The notes beneath the pieces were generated by a model. The model worked only from the letters and a program-made list of their open reading frames with translations, was not told where the DNA came from and did not search any database. From Lama glama (lineage: Eukaryota), in assembly GCA_028534125.1 (NCBI GenBank), contig CM052816.1, forward strand, positions 45,634,001 through 45,698,000: a stretch of 64,000 nucleotides of DNA, read 5' to 3'. Made by a program: the position numbers and the translations under genes. Positions 12,366 through 25,330 of the stretch are shown here, piece by piece (the first letter of the stretch is position 1; every line of letters begins with the position of its first letter).

Positions 12366-13259
12366 AAAAGATGATCTTTAAATGTACAATTAAAATATAT
12401 AATTAGTCATTGCCCCAAATTATAACCTGTTCAACGTTCTGGAATCTAAAAACAAAAGGTTTTTGTTAGCTTCCAGAAGATGAACTTGAGCTATTGACGC
12501 TACCTAATACTTCATTTTTTCAAGATAAATACTCTTTTCTAACAATGTCTTCTAATTCATTTTTTTCTTCTCTTAGGATTTGTTGTAATTTGGTTTCATG
12601 ATATTTTGTGGGAAGGTAGAGGGATGATTATAAATTCCCAGCTATTCCCTTTTTTTCTGTTATATTACCACGATTATTTCATTAAAAGTCAAGTTTTCTT
12701 TTGATTAGCTCCTGGGGAACATCTTTGTACATATTGTTCAAACTCATTCTTTCCTTACCAGTTAAACTAGCTGTGTCATAGATTTCATTTCTTGGTAGCT
12801 TCGATGTGAAATCAAAAAGAACAAAAGCCTTCCTATGAATGTGAACATTTAAAATATCCAAACAAAAGAGTATCAATTGTAAGAGAATTTTCTTTGCTTT
12901 TATAGTAAAATATTTATGCTGGGTAAGTAATACTGTTCCTGCTCAAAACTGAAATCACTAGCAAAAATCAATCCTCAAGGTTTACAGAAAGCTTCAATGT
13001 TTGCATTAAGGGTGGCTGCCAGTTACGTTCAAGTTCATTACCCTTTAGATATACAATTTCATGTGAATTAAATAAGGTGAATATTAACAAGATATATTCC
13101 AAAATAGCTATTAATAGTTAAGGCATAATTGACCACAATACACTAACTTTTACATAGGCCTGTGTTCTTGAATAATTTCAAATATTAAACATAATTTAAT
13201 ACATTTCATAATGTTCTCTAACATGTCTTGTTCCTTTCAAGCATTTAACACTATCCTAC

Positions 13260-13373
13260 CTCATCATCAAGTACTGTCAAGTTATAAACTACTGTTGCTC
13301 TGCCAGGAGGAAACGTGATATTTCCTTTAACTGGACTTAAATCTTCTTCAGGTGGATTTGGGCCCCCCTCGAC
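13260..13373 (-). CDS. ADGRV1: ADGRV1 exon 6
   Basis: ttgcag|GTCGAG...GATGAG|gtagga; 114 nt; VEGGPNPPEEDLSPVKGNITFPPGRATVVYNLTVLDDE. Confidence 0.96.
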
Positions 13374-13709
13374 CTGCAAGGAAACACACAGTGCCATCAA
13401 TAAATATAAAATATTCCATAAGAGTAAGAAAGCATTATTGTGATATCAGCTGACATATTTACTTAAAAAGGTTTTGCAAGAAGAATGATACTAACCTGTA
13501 TTAAGTCTGCTTTTCTAATTGACAGTCAAGGCCTACAATATAATTATAAATCTTGACTATAATTACAGTAAACTACATGGTTTCTAAGAGCTTTCTCTTT
13601 TCTTCTCAACCATAATATTAAACTTGAGGAAAAAATACTTGTTTTCAAGAAAAGCATAAATGCTTTTTCTTGAGAGGAAGGTATTTAAAATTAGTATATT
13701 CTCTTACAT

Positions 13710-13850
13710 AATGGAATCAAATACCAGTTCGACCACTGACGGTATAACCTTGGGCAAGGTATTTAACAACTGTGTGTAGCTTTTCCCTCATCTTGAAAAT
13801 GAGCATAATAATATCCACTCCCCAGGCTACAGGTGAAGATTTAATAAAAT
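13710..13850 (+). mobile_element. MIR SINE
   Basis: Core accttgggcaaggtatttaac...ccctcatcttgaaaatgag. Confidence 0.65.
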
Positions 13851-14741
13851 CATATACTTTTTGAAAAGTATTTTTTAAGTACTCTGTGCCTGACCTCTTT
13901 TTGGTATTAAGGATATAGCAGTGAACAAGGCAAACTTCTTAAATCACCAGGACCTTACATTTAATGAAAGGGAACAACTGGAAAATAAATAAATATGTGT
14001 CCAATGATGATAAGTACTATGGAGAAAAAACCTAAAAGGGCATGAGGGACGCTGAGTGCTGGGAAGAGGTACAGTTTGCATGCAGTGATATTCAGCATGA
14101 AGCACTCAGAACAGCACCGGGCAGTATTAAGTGCTTCACAAATGTTAGCTGTAATCATTTCAACAAAAGAAAAGGCTTAAGATCCAATAAAATAACTCCA
14201 GGCATCTACAAAGAGTTGAAAACACCATAACCTGATGATGTCTTATTGTTTCTACAGCCAATTTTTTTTCCAGTTTTTGGAGGTAACTCCTGTTAACACC
14301 ATCCATCAAGTGAATTTTTTTAAAGGTGGGATGTATAAAAGGGGGAAGACTGCATATTAAGTAATTTTATATATGCCTAAGAAACCCATGGGAATTTTTT
14401 AAATTTATATCCTTGAAAAGATTTATCATGAAAGTTCTATGAATTTTATATAATTTACACTATTATTGTTATTATGATTATTATTATTCAATTTGTGGTT
14501 TATTACTATCCTGTACCTAAAATGATAGCTTGTGTTTCATGTAAGCATAGTATATTCAAGTAGAAAGGAATACATTCTTATACTAAACATGACATTTAAA
14601 AGATAATGGAAGTATTTACTTTTATTTCATTTTCATTAAGGGTCATGTTTACTATAAAAGGACCTTGATTTCTAAATTTGTAGCCATCTGGTATGAACCC
14701 TAAAGTGTTAACCATATAAAATTATTTCACAGCGAACTTAC

Positions 14742-14846
14742 CTCAAAAGTCACAGTGACCATTCCATAGGTTCCTTTTTCTCTGATGAGAGTAAGAGGCA
14801 CAGATTCATTTCTGCCCCTGGGTTCACTCGCTGTGACTGAGAAAGG
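14742..14846 (-). CDS. ADGRV1: ADGRV1 exon 5
   Basis: caatag|CCTTTC...TTTGAG|gtaagt; 105 nt; PFSVTASEPRGRNESVPLTLIREKGTYGMVTVTFE. Confidence 0.95.
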
Positions 14847-16496
14847 CTATTGGGAAGAGCAAAGACCATCAGGCACTGATTCATCAGAGGTAGGAGGTCA
14901 TGCAAACTATAACATAGGAATACTCAATTTCCACAAACAAATCAATCCACATTGCACACTAAGAATGTGGAGTTTCCTAGCTTTCATTAACTGTAGCTAG
15001 TAAATGCTTAAAAGGTTAAAGTAATAGTATAGAAGAAACAAAACTAGTCAAGCAAAAGATGAAGGTTCTTGGTCTACTTCTACCAACAACTAACTGTTCT
15101 ACTGAGGAATCTTAAAGGTTATCTGGTCCAAAGATGACACATTCAAATGCTCCCAGTGGTCCAGGAGGTCACAGAAATGAGTTGTGCCTTAACCTCAGCG
15201 CAGCTCCCTGGGACTCCCACTCAGCCTTGCCCCCAACCACTGTTCACTCATTGGTCAAACTGCCACTGAAAAACGGACAACTGCCAGCAACTTTCAGGAC
15301 ATGATCACTGAGGGGAAGAAAGAGCCAAGACTTCAAATACTGGAATGTGCTGGCATGGCTGGCTGAAACTCAGGGTGCAAGGGGAAAGTGGCCATGTTCA
15401 CGCTAGCTAAGGCAGCAGGGCCCATCTCTCCAGGTGGCACTAAGTCTCAGTATCCCAGTCCATAAACAGGATCAGGAATGCCTGTCTCAAAGGGTTGTGA
15501 TGAGGTTTCAATGAGATCATTCATGTCTGAGAGCTTATTCTTGTACATGACACACAGGAAGGGCCCAGCAAATGTTGGCTGTAATTATAATCATCATCAT
15601 CAATGTTATCTTCATCATCAGTATAATCATCATCCTCCCAGGTACCAAAGTCAGCCTATGTAGTAACTACTGTGAGCTCAACAGTTACTTAGTTTAATTT
15701 TAATCAAACAGGGCAGGTGCTCAGTCAGAGGCTGCCTGGCAGCTCCGGGACCACAAGAATCAGGGACCTGGGACCAACGCGAGAGACTAGGATTCCGAGG
15801 GAGCTAAGATATTTAATGCCAAAAAAGGAAGAAGGAAAGAAAGCTTTAAATCAATCAGCATGTGTTTGGAGATAAGCTGGGAGTTAAGTTTAGAGAAAAG
15901 GCAGTAAGGAGAAAAATTAAGCAATTAGGAGACTGGTTCATGAATAACTAATAATCCCCTATCATTCAAATAGAAGTGATTAATTTTTATAAATGTTGAT
16001 ATAATGGAGGCTACAAAATGTCTCTGATATTGTCATTACCCATGTATCCTTTTCAATAAAGATACTGCAACTATAAAGATCATATTTATCTATGGCCTAC
16101 CTTGTTTCAAAGACAATTTAAGGTACTAAGAAAATGACATAAATACACCAACCGAAACTGGAAAATAAATAAAAAACTGGAGAGTGTCATATTATCTTTT
16201 AGTAATGATAATTAGTAACATGATTCAAAAAGACCACATCAGGAAGGTTACTGTAGAGTAAAACTTACTTTAGATATTGGCAATATCCAATTTTACTTGA
16301 GATAAATTTTGTTTTATTTTAGAGCTAAAAACAGTTTATCTCAAGGAAGGACCCATTTTGCGTGTTTTTTTTTTTTCTAAAGATAAAATCCTCTGAACAC
16401 AGGTCTCGCCAGTGACACATGAATATGGAGGAAAAATAAACTTCTGAGCAAAACTGAGGGGGATGACATAAAGTTTTAATCTTTAAGAAATATTAA

Positions 16497-16660
16497 GGGG
16501 GGAGGGTATAGCTCAGCGGTAGACTGCATGCTTAGCATGCGCAAGGTCCTGGGTTCAATTACCAGTACCTCCACTAAAAAATAAAATAAAATAAAAAACT
16601 AATTTAAAAATCCATAAAGAAACCTAATTACCTCCCCACAACACATAAAAAAACAAATAA
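16497..16660 (+). mobile_element. tRNA-Ala-derived SINE (Vic-1-like)
   Basis: tRNA-like head, aacctaattacctcccc tail, TSD aagaaatattaa / aagaaatactaa. Confidence 0.9.
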
Positions 16661-16890
16661 AAGAAATACTAATTAATAAGAAAATCTCAGGGTAGGGACT
16701 GACTATAGAATTTTTAAGAGCTATAATGTCTGCTATTCAATTGTAAGTTTAATTGGTTTTTCCAGTATTCTTTCAATATGTTTTTCTTGTCTCGAGTCAT
16801 TTGAAATTTTCAAAGGAGGCTAACAAACAGACAGTGCTTTTTTACGTGGCAGTTGGGGACATCAAGCAGAAGGAACTAGGTTACAACATC

Positions 16891-17246
16891 TACTGCAGAC
16901 TGAATGTTTGTGCCTCCCACCAAAATTCATGTTCAAATCCTAACCTCCAATGTGATGGTATTAGGAGGCATTTCGGAGGGGATTAGGTTACACGGGCTCT
17001 ACCTTCTTGCACCAGATTAGTACCCTCTAAAAGAGACCCCAGAGACCTCTCCTGCCCCTTCTACCATAACAAAACACAATAAAAAGATAACTGTCTGTGA
17101 AACAGGAAGTAGGCCTACACCAAACACCAAATCTGCTGATGCCCTGATCTTGGACTTCTTAACTGCTGTAACTATAAGAAATAAATTTCTGTGGTTTCTC
17201 AGCCACCTAGTCCATGGTATTTTGTTCCTGCAGATGGAACTAGGAC
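16891..17246 (+). mobile_element. MaLR solo LTR (MLT1A-like)
   Basis: gactgaatgtttgtg...ctgatcttggactt...aataaatttctg...ggtattttgtt...aggaca. Confidence 0.85.
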
Positions 17247-17535
17247 ATCAGGGTTAGAGGCCATCAAAAGAGGTAACAAATGAATCAGGTGGAATGATCA
17301 GCAGAAAAAGATCAGGGCAAGAGATGACCATTCTCACTTCAAAGGACTCCTCACTCCAGAGAAATTTTAGGTAGAACAAAAGGACAGTCTATAGAATGTA
17401 GAATATGGATAGAGTTAGAGCAAATTTTATTTACATGTCAAAAGACAGGATGATACGAGGTAACATGAGATGTAATCAGAAAATTTAATAAACTATTATC
17501 TAGCAACCACAAGATTAATCAAATTGTAACCATAC

Positions 17536-17631
17536 CATATTAAGTGAAATAATACCAAATGCATTGTCATTTGACAATATTGTCACAGTAACAGTCCTTG
17601 GCCAGCCAAGCTTTACATTTGCTGAAGTTTT
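17536..17631 (-). CDS. ADGRV1: ADGRV1 exon 4
   Basis: ttttag|AAAACT...AATATG|gtatgg; 96 nt; KTSANVKLGWPRTVTVTILSNDNAFGIISLNM. Confidence 0.96.
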
Positions 17632-18692
17632 CTAAAATAAAAGCCAAAAAATAAATTAATAAATTAAACATAATAAAAAAATTATTTTAATAGAATTTCA
17701 GTTGTTACATAATTATTCAGAATATGAATGAATATACAAGTGTAATCTTAATGCACAGATTAAAAAAAATTCAAATTAAATCAACATGGTAAAGAAGTCC
17801 CAAACAAGAATTCTTCAAAAGAGTTTTGAAAACCATTAATCACTGACTGTTAAAATAAGTAAACACTGAGTAATATAATTATTCTAGTCTCATTACTAAT
17901 ACAACAGAGAATTAAGTAACAATATGAAATTCTGTTCAAATGTAATTCTTTTCTTATACTATAGAAGGTGCTGAAACTTCAGAATTAGTTATTCTATAAA
18001 TCACAAAGCAAAATTAAACCTAAGATATTAAAACAATTTTTCTAGTAAATATGGGGAAAGTTTGCTACAGCATTTCTATTGATATTCAACAGCAGCATAA
18101 ATGAATGTGAAAAAGTGATTTACAAAAGCAAAACATGATTGCTTCAAGTATCATTTTCATAAAAATCATACCAACACAATCATTCTAAAAAACTTCTCAA
18201 TGCACTTCAGAAAAATCAGCTAGCACTGTGTTAGCAGCCTCAACCTAACAGATCAAGCCATAAAGAACAATTAAACCTTCGGCTATTCAAGCATTTTTCC
18301 CAGGGGCGCTCTACTCTAAGGCACTGGGACCTCCCACTTCCATGCTTGTTTTTTGTATCCTTCTCCTTTGAACTCAGAAGTCACGGTCATTCTTTGTGCA
18401 TCTGATAGCACAGGAGGGATAAAAGAGAAAAAGGGCCAAAGGGAAGACAAGGTTTTCCTGAGCATCTGTCATGGCGATTCCTGAATAAGCTGAATTAATC
18501 CAAAAACTAGCTGTAGAATCTTCTAAACAAGATTGTCTAAGGAATAACCAGACCGTGGAATTGCCAAAGAGACTGTCAATTCTGTCTTCTATGAAAATCA
18601 CCACCAGTCACCTAAACTGGCTTATCTCTAGAGAAATTGATTTTTAAGCATTTTAAGATTTTTATAAGTTTAAGAGGGAAAGGAGGACTTAC

Positions 18693-18842
18693 CTGTAAAG
18701 TTAAGTGAAAAATAAAAGTTTCATCTGGCTCTGGCAAATCATCATCACATACTGCTATGTACACTGTTCTATTTGTTTCTCCAACAGGTATAAAAGCTGC
18801 AGCATATGTGTCAAAAAAGTCTCCAGTGTCTTCTCCATACAG
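18693..18842 (-). CDS. ADGRV1: ADGRV1 exon 3
   Basis: gatag|CTGTAT...TTACAG|gtaagt; 150 nt; LYGEDTGDFFDTYAAAFIPVGETNRTVYIAVCDDDLPEPDETFIFHLTLQ (Calx-beta DD..PE..E motif). Not in the ORF track. Confidence 0.97.
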
Positions 18843-20149
18843 CTATCAATGTAAAACACAGGTCGTTCTTACATGACACAGTGTTAGGATAAGCAAAATG
18901 GATGCTAACTGGAGCAATCGACAGAAAAAATACATGACTCGTCAAGTGACACTGATGCTTACAAGATGAGATGTGCAAGAACAAAACAAGTATTTAACAC
19001 TTGATAAGAAACTCCTTTAAAAGCATTATTAAAAAAGTGATTCTATACAAAAATATTTGTTTATGCTCTGGAAGGCAAAGGAATCACACAGAAAAGTAAT
19101 AATTATATAGGAAAGTAATGATGTGAATTTTTTTTTCTCTGCCTCTTGATGGATCTGAAATGGATTCCAGCAAACCTCATACGAAGGCACATTGTAGCTG
19201 AAACTCTCCCAAAGAAGAGGTGTAAGTAGCCTGCCAAAATATATCAGGAAAATCAATGATTTTCCCTATCAGCTTCCAGGAAACTGCTCTTTCCAAAACT
19301 TTCAACCTGAAGTTTTATTTATATTCTCCCACACCACCAATAAAGACCCAATTCTTTTAGCATTCCAAACTTAGTAGTCATTACAAACTTTTCCTTAAAA
19401 CTTTTTAAGACCTCACTCTGTAACATCAGCATTGCTGATAAGACTCGCAAGGAGGCAGGAATTATGAAATTATTAAAGGAGCAACTTCTTGTGCAAATCC
19501 AAATGAGATTTCCTACATCAAAGAACTCAAAGTGAGTAACTTAGCTATTAGAAAAAATATGATTTAGTATAAATAAAAAATGAAGCACCTCTATAGGGAC
19601 ACTGTAGTCAATTTCTAGTTTTCATTTACTAAAAAGACTTAGTTTTAAATACTTGAGAAATCCAAGTAAGTTGTCAAAGGTGTTGCAAAACTTGTACTCA
19701 TGCCTTAATATAAAAAGGGGCAAAGCCTTTCAGAAAGCATCAAATATCAAGAGCCACTGAAAGAAAGAGAAAATCACAATAATCCAACCCCTAAAATCAT
19801 TTACAACTTTAACAATGCAAAATATGCAAAAACTGATATGTATGTAAACAGTTTAATAAGAGCAACATTTACAACAGTAAAAATTAGAAGCAACCTCAAT
19901 GAAAAATTGTTCAGAAATGATTGGGAAATGACATCGCCATCCCGAAAAGTTGTGAAAATGATAGTGTAACCTGAAAAAATTATTAGGATACAATCAAAAC
20001 TATTCGTAAAAGGTTGTACATTCAAATTAAAAATGCAATGCACAAAATCGTAATACTAGATTTCTTTCTTAGGTAGTTTTTCTCCATTGTCTCTTTTTAC
20101 AGTGTTTCCCAATGTGATGATTTAACCTATTGCTTAAAAACTTATTTTT

Positions 20150-20265
20150 TTCGCAGGGGGGTAATTATGTTTATTCGTGTATTTATAGAGGAGGTACCGG
20201 GGATTGAGCCCAGGGCCTCGTACATGTTAAGCCTGAGCTCTGCCACTTGAGCTATACCCTCCCCC
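20150..20265 (-). mobile_element. tRNA-Ala-derived SINE (Vic-1-like)
   Basis: Reverse complement of the same SINE; TSD aaaacttattttt on both sides. Confidence 0.9.
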
Positions 20266-20892
20266 TAAAACTTATTTTTTAAAACAAAAATTCCAAGTAG
20301 TTTGGGCCTCAAATATAGCATATGACATGACTTTCTGGTTAAGCACAGACACAAATACATGTTCAAACTATCCATCCACTAACTAAGCGGTGTGCAAGAT
20401 AGAGCAAGAGTTTAACAAATTCTACTTAACTTCTACTTAAGTTAATTTCTCCTTAAAAAGGAGCTCTCTGACACAACCAAGGGTTTTTTTAATTGCCATT
20501 TTTTGACTTTTAAATATTTCATATATTGTCTCTAAGCCACTTGACACAATTATAAATTTGAGCAGTGCTAACTAGAATCCAAATTACCCAAAATGAAGTG
20601 TTCTTTTACTTAGAAATACTTCTTGATATTTTCGGGTTTTGTTTTAAAATAAATACATGAACACTTTAAAATAATCAGTCTAGATCTTTAAAATGCTATT
20701 ATTGTCAAATATATGTGCTACCCTGGAGCACTTTATAAACCTCTAAGAAACATGAGAGAATAAATAGTGTATCTGCAAACTGTTTATCATAATGGAACTA
20801 CTCAGAATCTCAAACAGTTAAAAATATTCTTGTCACTGAAACTAAGAAATTTCAACTATTTCTATATAAACAGAAGCACAGTCATTTCTTAC

Positions 20893-21077
20893 CGATACAA
20901 CTGCAGTGACATTTGCTGGGTCTCCTATCCTTTCAATGACAAGACGAATAACTGTTGTACTTGTTTCATTAACTACAAATTCTGTTTGTCCGGCAAACCT
21001 TATTTCTGTCTCTCCAAACACAAAAGGGATGAATAAAGCTGAAAGAAGATTTACTAATAAAGATGCAGAGGGCATCC
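20893..21077 (-). CDS. ADGRV1: ADGRV1 exon 2 (signal peptide, start of first Calx-beta repeat)
   Basis: cctatag|GGATGCCC...GTATCG|gtaaga; 185 nt; (G)MPSASLLVNLLSALFIPFVFGETEIRFAGQTEFVVNETSTTVIRLVIERIGDPANVTAVVS. Confidence 0.97.
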
Positions 21078-22855
21078 CTATAGGAAAAAAAAAAGATTTT
21101 TTTCACAAAACATACCCAATATATTTTCATTAAATTGCACTGTCTACAGATATTAACACAGATGAAAAGTTAATAAGCAACTAAGACATAAACACATCAA
21201 ATATTAAGCCATCCAATTCACATGTGTGACCACAGAAATAAGTCAGAAACCACAATCCTCTTCTATGGTTCTGTTTACTATCCATAACTTAACATATTAA
21301 CATAATAGTTATAACGAGCCTTAAACTTATTTATTAAATTCAGTTTTTAAAAAATTTTTTCCCTCCAATTTATTCTTAAAAATACTTGAGCAGCAGCATA
21401 AAAACTGAATTAAAGCCCCACCTTCCCCCAAATGAAACTGTAAAATACAAGCCAAAACTGAAAGTTACCAAATGGATCAATAATCTTACTGGGCGATTAT
21501 CTATCTGATGATCATGAGCGAACCCCTGAAACATAAAGCAGCTGAAGCTAAAACTTCCCTGGTTATCTCTATTTTTTCCTTAATTTTGTCTTCTTTGAGA
21601 GTACTTCTTAAAAACTTTTAGATATTGCAAAGAAATGCTAATCCTTTCAGAAAACTGAAAGAAAATTTCCAGGACTTCTCCCACTTTACTGGCTAAAACA
21701 CTAATACCACTTCTTAGAAAATGTCCATATTGCTTTAAAACTAAGCAAATTTGGCAAAGTGTTTTATTTCTTTTCCATAATTTCTATTGTGCTCTTCTTA
21801 GTACAATGTGTGTGTTTATGAGTCATCAATATTGTTCCCACTTTCAGCACTGTGTGATTCAAATGTTTTCAAAAGCACAACAGTGCAGAAGCCTTTGAAA
21901 GATCTGCTGTTTTGTAATGTAGATGCACCTCTAAAAATGTGAACAATTTATCTCACGGATCATTAAGATTCCAAAGGATTATGTGATCAGTCACACGAAC
22001 GTAACAAGTTCATGCGTTTTAAAGAAGGGCTGCATTATGTACTCGATGAGCCAAAATGCTTCCTATTAATCTTTGCCTTGGTCAAGAAGTAATAAAATTT
22101 TCATGTATCTGGTATTTCCACATGGCTTCTCATGGCTTTATATTTAGGAACCACCAAAAGTTTTGTGAGTTTTGATATATTTTAGGGTTAAAAGGAAATT
22201 TTCTCAGTCCAGTATATTCAAACAATGCAGTCTGGGATTGCTTAATGATGCCTCACATGTTTACGGCTGGAAAATCTGTAGACAGGGATGCAGAGTTCAG
22301 ACAGTCTAGGAAAAAGATGGAGACCAACAGGGACAGAGATTCTGGAGGACGGGGCCCTCTCTCTAAGAAAGCCTGCCATGGAGCTAAAAGACTTGGGAGA
22401 AGAAATAAAATAGTTCTCCCTCACCAACTGCAAACTCTTCCCCGACTTCTCAGCCAGGTAAGTGTACTAAGAGAAAGGAAAGAAAAAAGATATAAGAAAG
22501 AGAAGGAAAATGGGAAAGCCTAGGTGAAGCAGGAAAGTAAGAATTCTGGGCTAAATCAGAGACAACTGAAGATCTTTTGTGGAATGCTAAAGCCAGAATG
22601 ATTTCACATCTCACGACAAATAGTGGGAAAGAAATAAACTAGGGAAGAAAAAGAGAATACAGAAGAGGGGGAAGGGGGAAGGAGGCAGGCCCAGGCCTTG
22701 GATGCATTAAAAAAGACAACTTTGGTCTATCGTGATTTTGAAAGAAAAATCTCAATTCCTTAAGCTGAAAGAAATAAGAAGACACTTAAAGTTCTAAATG
22801 AGAAAGGGTGTGAGCTATAGTATGAGAAAGGGAAATCATGAACGACTGGGAACAC

Positions 22856-23033
22856 AAGTTCTCAAAATGTGTTATGCATAAGAAGCAACACCCACGTTTG
22901 TTCACATGCTGATTCGCAAACTCAGAAACTCTGATCCGGTGAGTTTAGGGTTGGGCCCAGGAATCTGCATTTAACAGGCAGCCCTACTGATTCTAATACA
23001 ACTGATCCTTGGGATGCCCTTTGAAATACTCCA
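22856..23033. mobile_element. MER5-like hAT MITE
   Basis: gggcccaggaatctgcatttaacagg...tgattcta core typical of MER5A/B. Confidence 0.7.
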
Positions 23034-23261
23034 CCCAAGAGTGTGAGAAAGTATGAGGGGTGTGTCTTGGAGTAGACACACAACAGACCACACTGGTAGC
23101 TTTAAGTTAATCACTGAGTTTTTCAGTGCAGTATGCTTGAACTTGCTATAGGTTTGCTCATACACTTCTCTACATACTACTATACAGTGTTTTAAGATTC
23201 CATGTATCCTGAAGAAAACCTGTAATAACCAATAGAAAGTAACCATAACAGCAGATGCTTA

Positions 23262-23486
23262 AATAGTGTTGTTCTAGGTACTTGACACACAATAACACAT
23301 TTAATTTTCACAACATCTCTATGAAGAAGGTGCTATATCATTAACCCCATTTTATAGCTGAGTGAACTAAGGCACAGACAGATTAGTTAACATTTGCAGT
23401 GTTATTTAGCTAAGTAACTAGGCAGGATTTGAACCCAGGAATCCACCCTCCAGACTCTGTACCCGTAACCACACTAGACTGCCTCT
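23262..23486 (-). mobile_element. MIR SINE
   Basis: ccccattttatagctgagtgaactaaggcacaga...ggatttgaacccagg...aaccacactagactgcctc. Confidence 0.8.
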
Positions 23487-24439
23487 TACATTTTACTCCT
23501 ACAAGTCACACATCCCCATCTTGACTAATATGGTAGCCTATTCATGCTACACTTTTCCAAGCATTTAAATATTTCAAACTCATGCACAATAACCAAAACT
23601 ACCATAAAACTGCACAATCACAAGTCTCCTAAAAGTCTGCCCCTTATTATTCTGATAAACATTACATTTATTTAACCAAAACTATGGTTCTCTTGACTAC
23701 TTTAAATATTTAACAGCATCTTTTAATGTCAGGACCTATGAGCTCAAATGGTGCATTCTTGCAGTTTCCCAGACAATTAGAACTCCTAGATCTTGTGTTT
23801 AAGTCAGTAAATCCATTTAAAATTGGACCACATCAGTGTTTTGAAATTATGCAAAATGAACAAACAAGCATGATTGGAAATGCCTCAAATCATGTGACAT
23901 CATTGATAATTTAATCTCCTCTGCTTTCATCTTTTCAACTTGTAAGAAAAGTTGTTGAGGCATTCAATAAAAGATAAAGAAAAAGCTTTGAAAGTGAAGT
24001 TTGCATTAGAAAACAGGCATAATTGCACAAATGCTGAATAGTTTCTTTTTTAGGGCAACTAGGTACATTTTCCTGTATCATACCAAAAAGCTACTAGCCT
24101 TTCGAACTCCCTTTATTAAACTCAGAAGACCAGGTATTAGTAACAGACACAAAACATAAGTCATTCATCTATTTCAGGTCACTTTTCTCTAATTAGATTT
24201 AATGAATGCTTTACATGACCCATCACCTACTTAAAATTTCTCCATAAAACGAATTTCAAACAACGTATGTTTAAAGATCATAATGTGCTTAATTCACATT
24301 GTCACAATCGTGAAAGAATAATTTTAGCTTTACTGAATCATTCCTCTACTCTGCAACAGCATCATATTCTAATATTCAAATCCTCTCATTTCCAGCTATC
24401 CACATTCTCCTCACACCTCCCACTCTTTCAGTATGATTC

Positions 24440-24612
24440 AAAAAAGAAAGAGAGAAAGAGGGAAAGAGGGAAAGAGGGAAAGAGAGAAAGAGAGAGAGAG
24501 AGAGGGAGGGAGGGAAGAAGGGAGGAAGGGAGGGAGGAAGGGAGGAAGGGAGGAAGGGAGGAAGGAAGGAAGGAAGGAAGGAAGGAAGGAAGGAAGGAAG
24601 AAAGGAAGGAAA
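24440..24612 (+). repeat. Pure polypurine tract: (GA)n, (GGGA)n, (GGAA)n
   Basis: 173 nt with no pyrimidine on the + strand. Confidence 0.97.
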
Positions 24613-24984
24613 CTTCTTGCCAGTAGAGCTCTAATCTCTTAGATCTCTTAGCGTGTTAAACTAATAAATTTAGGCTACTCTCTTGCTTCTTGTTTCCTGA
24701 ATTATATTATGAAGTTTTGACAGAGTTCTGATAGTACACAGTCTTGGGTTCTTGAATTTTAGTAATCATATTCAGCCTATGCAACAAGACACATAATTTT
24801 GCAGAAAAAAAAAACACTTCAAAATTAAAACCAGGAATATATTAGAGTAGCTCTTACAATGCAAACTGGTTGCTTTCAGAAGAGCAGCTTACAGTTTGGT
24901 CTAATTTCTGTATACTGAGCACCTGCTATACACTGTGTAACACTCGTTTTAATCAGAGGACACAAAGATCCACAAGAAACGGTC

Positions 24985-25330
24985 CTTGGCTTCAGGGCAC
25001 TCACAGGGATGGGCATATGATTCAGATCAGGCCAATCAAAGCCAACAAGACACAATTCTGAGAATTTTGCTTAAACATAAGGATGCTGATTCCCTCTACT
25101 GCTGGATTCAGGATCTTGCTGACTGGGGCCAGTTTCCTGTGAAGCCTGAAAATGAAGCCAACACAGCCAAAGACAGAGCCAAGAGGTGGAGAGGAGCCAA
25201 GTCTTGATAATCAAGCTTAGGTTCCAGAATCCAGCTTTACCCTTGCCTTTTCAGTTGCTAAGGCAATAAATTACATCTTTTTTTTTTTGCTATAGCCAGC
25301 TTGGGTTGGATATTCTGTCACTTTCAATAT
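24985..25330 (+). mobile_element. Old MaLR LTR (MLT1J/K/L-like)
   Basis: ggccaatca...gcctgaaaatgaagccaacacag...caataaatt...ccagcttgggttggatattctgtcact. Confidence 0.65.

Noticed and set aside
945..21133. Plus-strand ORFs overlapping exons (945..1187, 3521..3760, 14785..15000, 20906..21133)
   Set aside because: Antisense shadows of ADGRV1 exons with no independent support.
24267..24642. ORFs with REGR/KEGR repeats
   Set aside because: Translation of the polypurine microsatellite.
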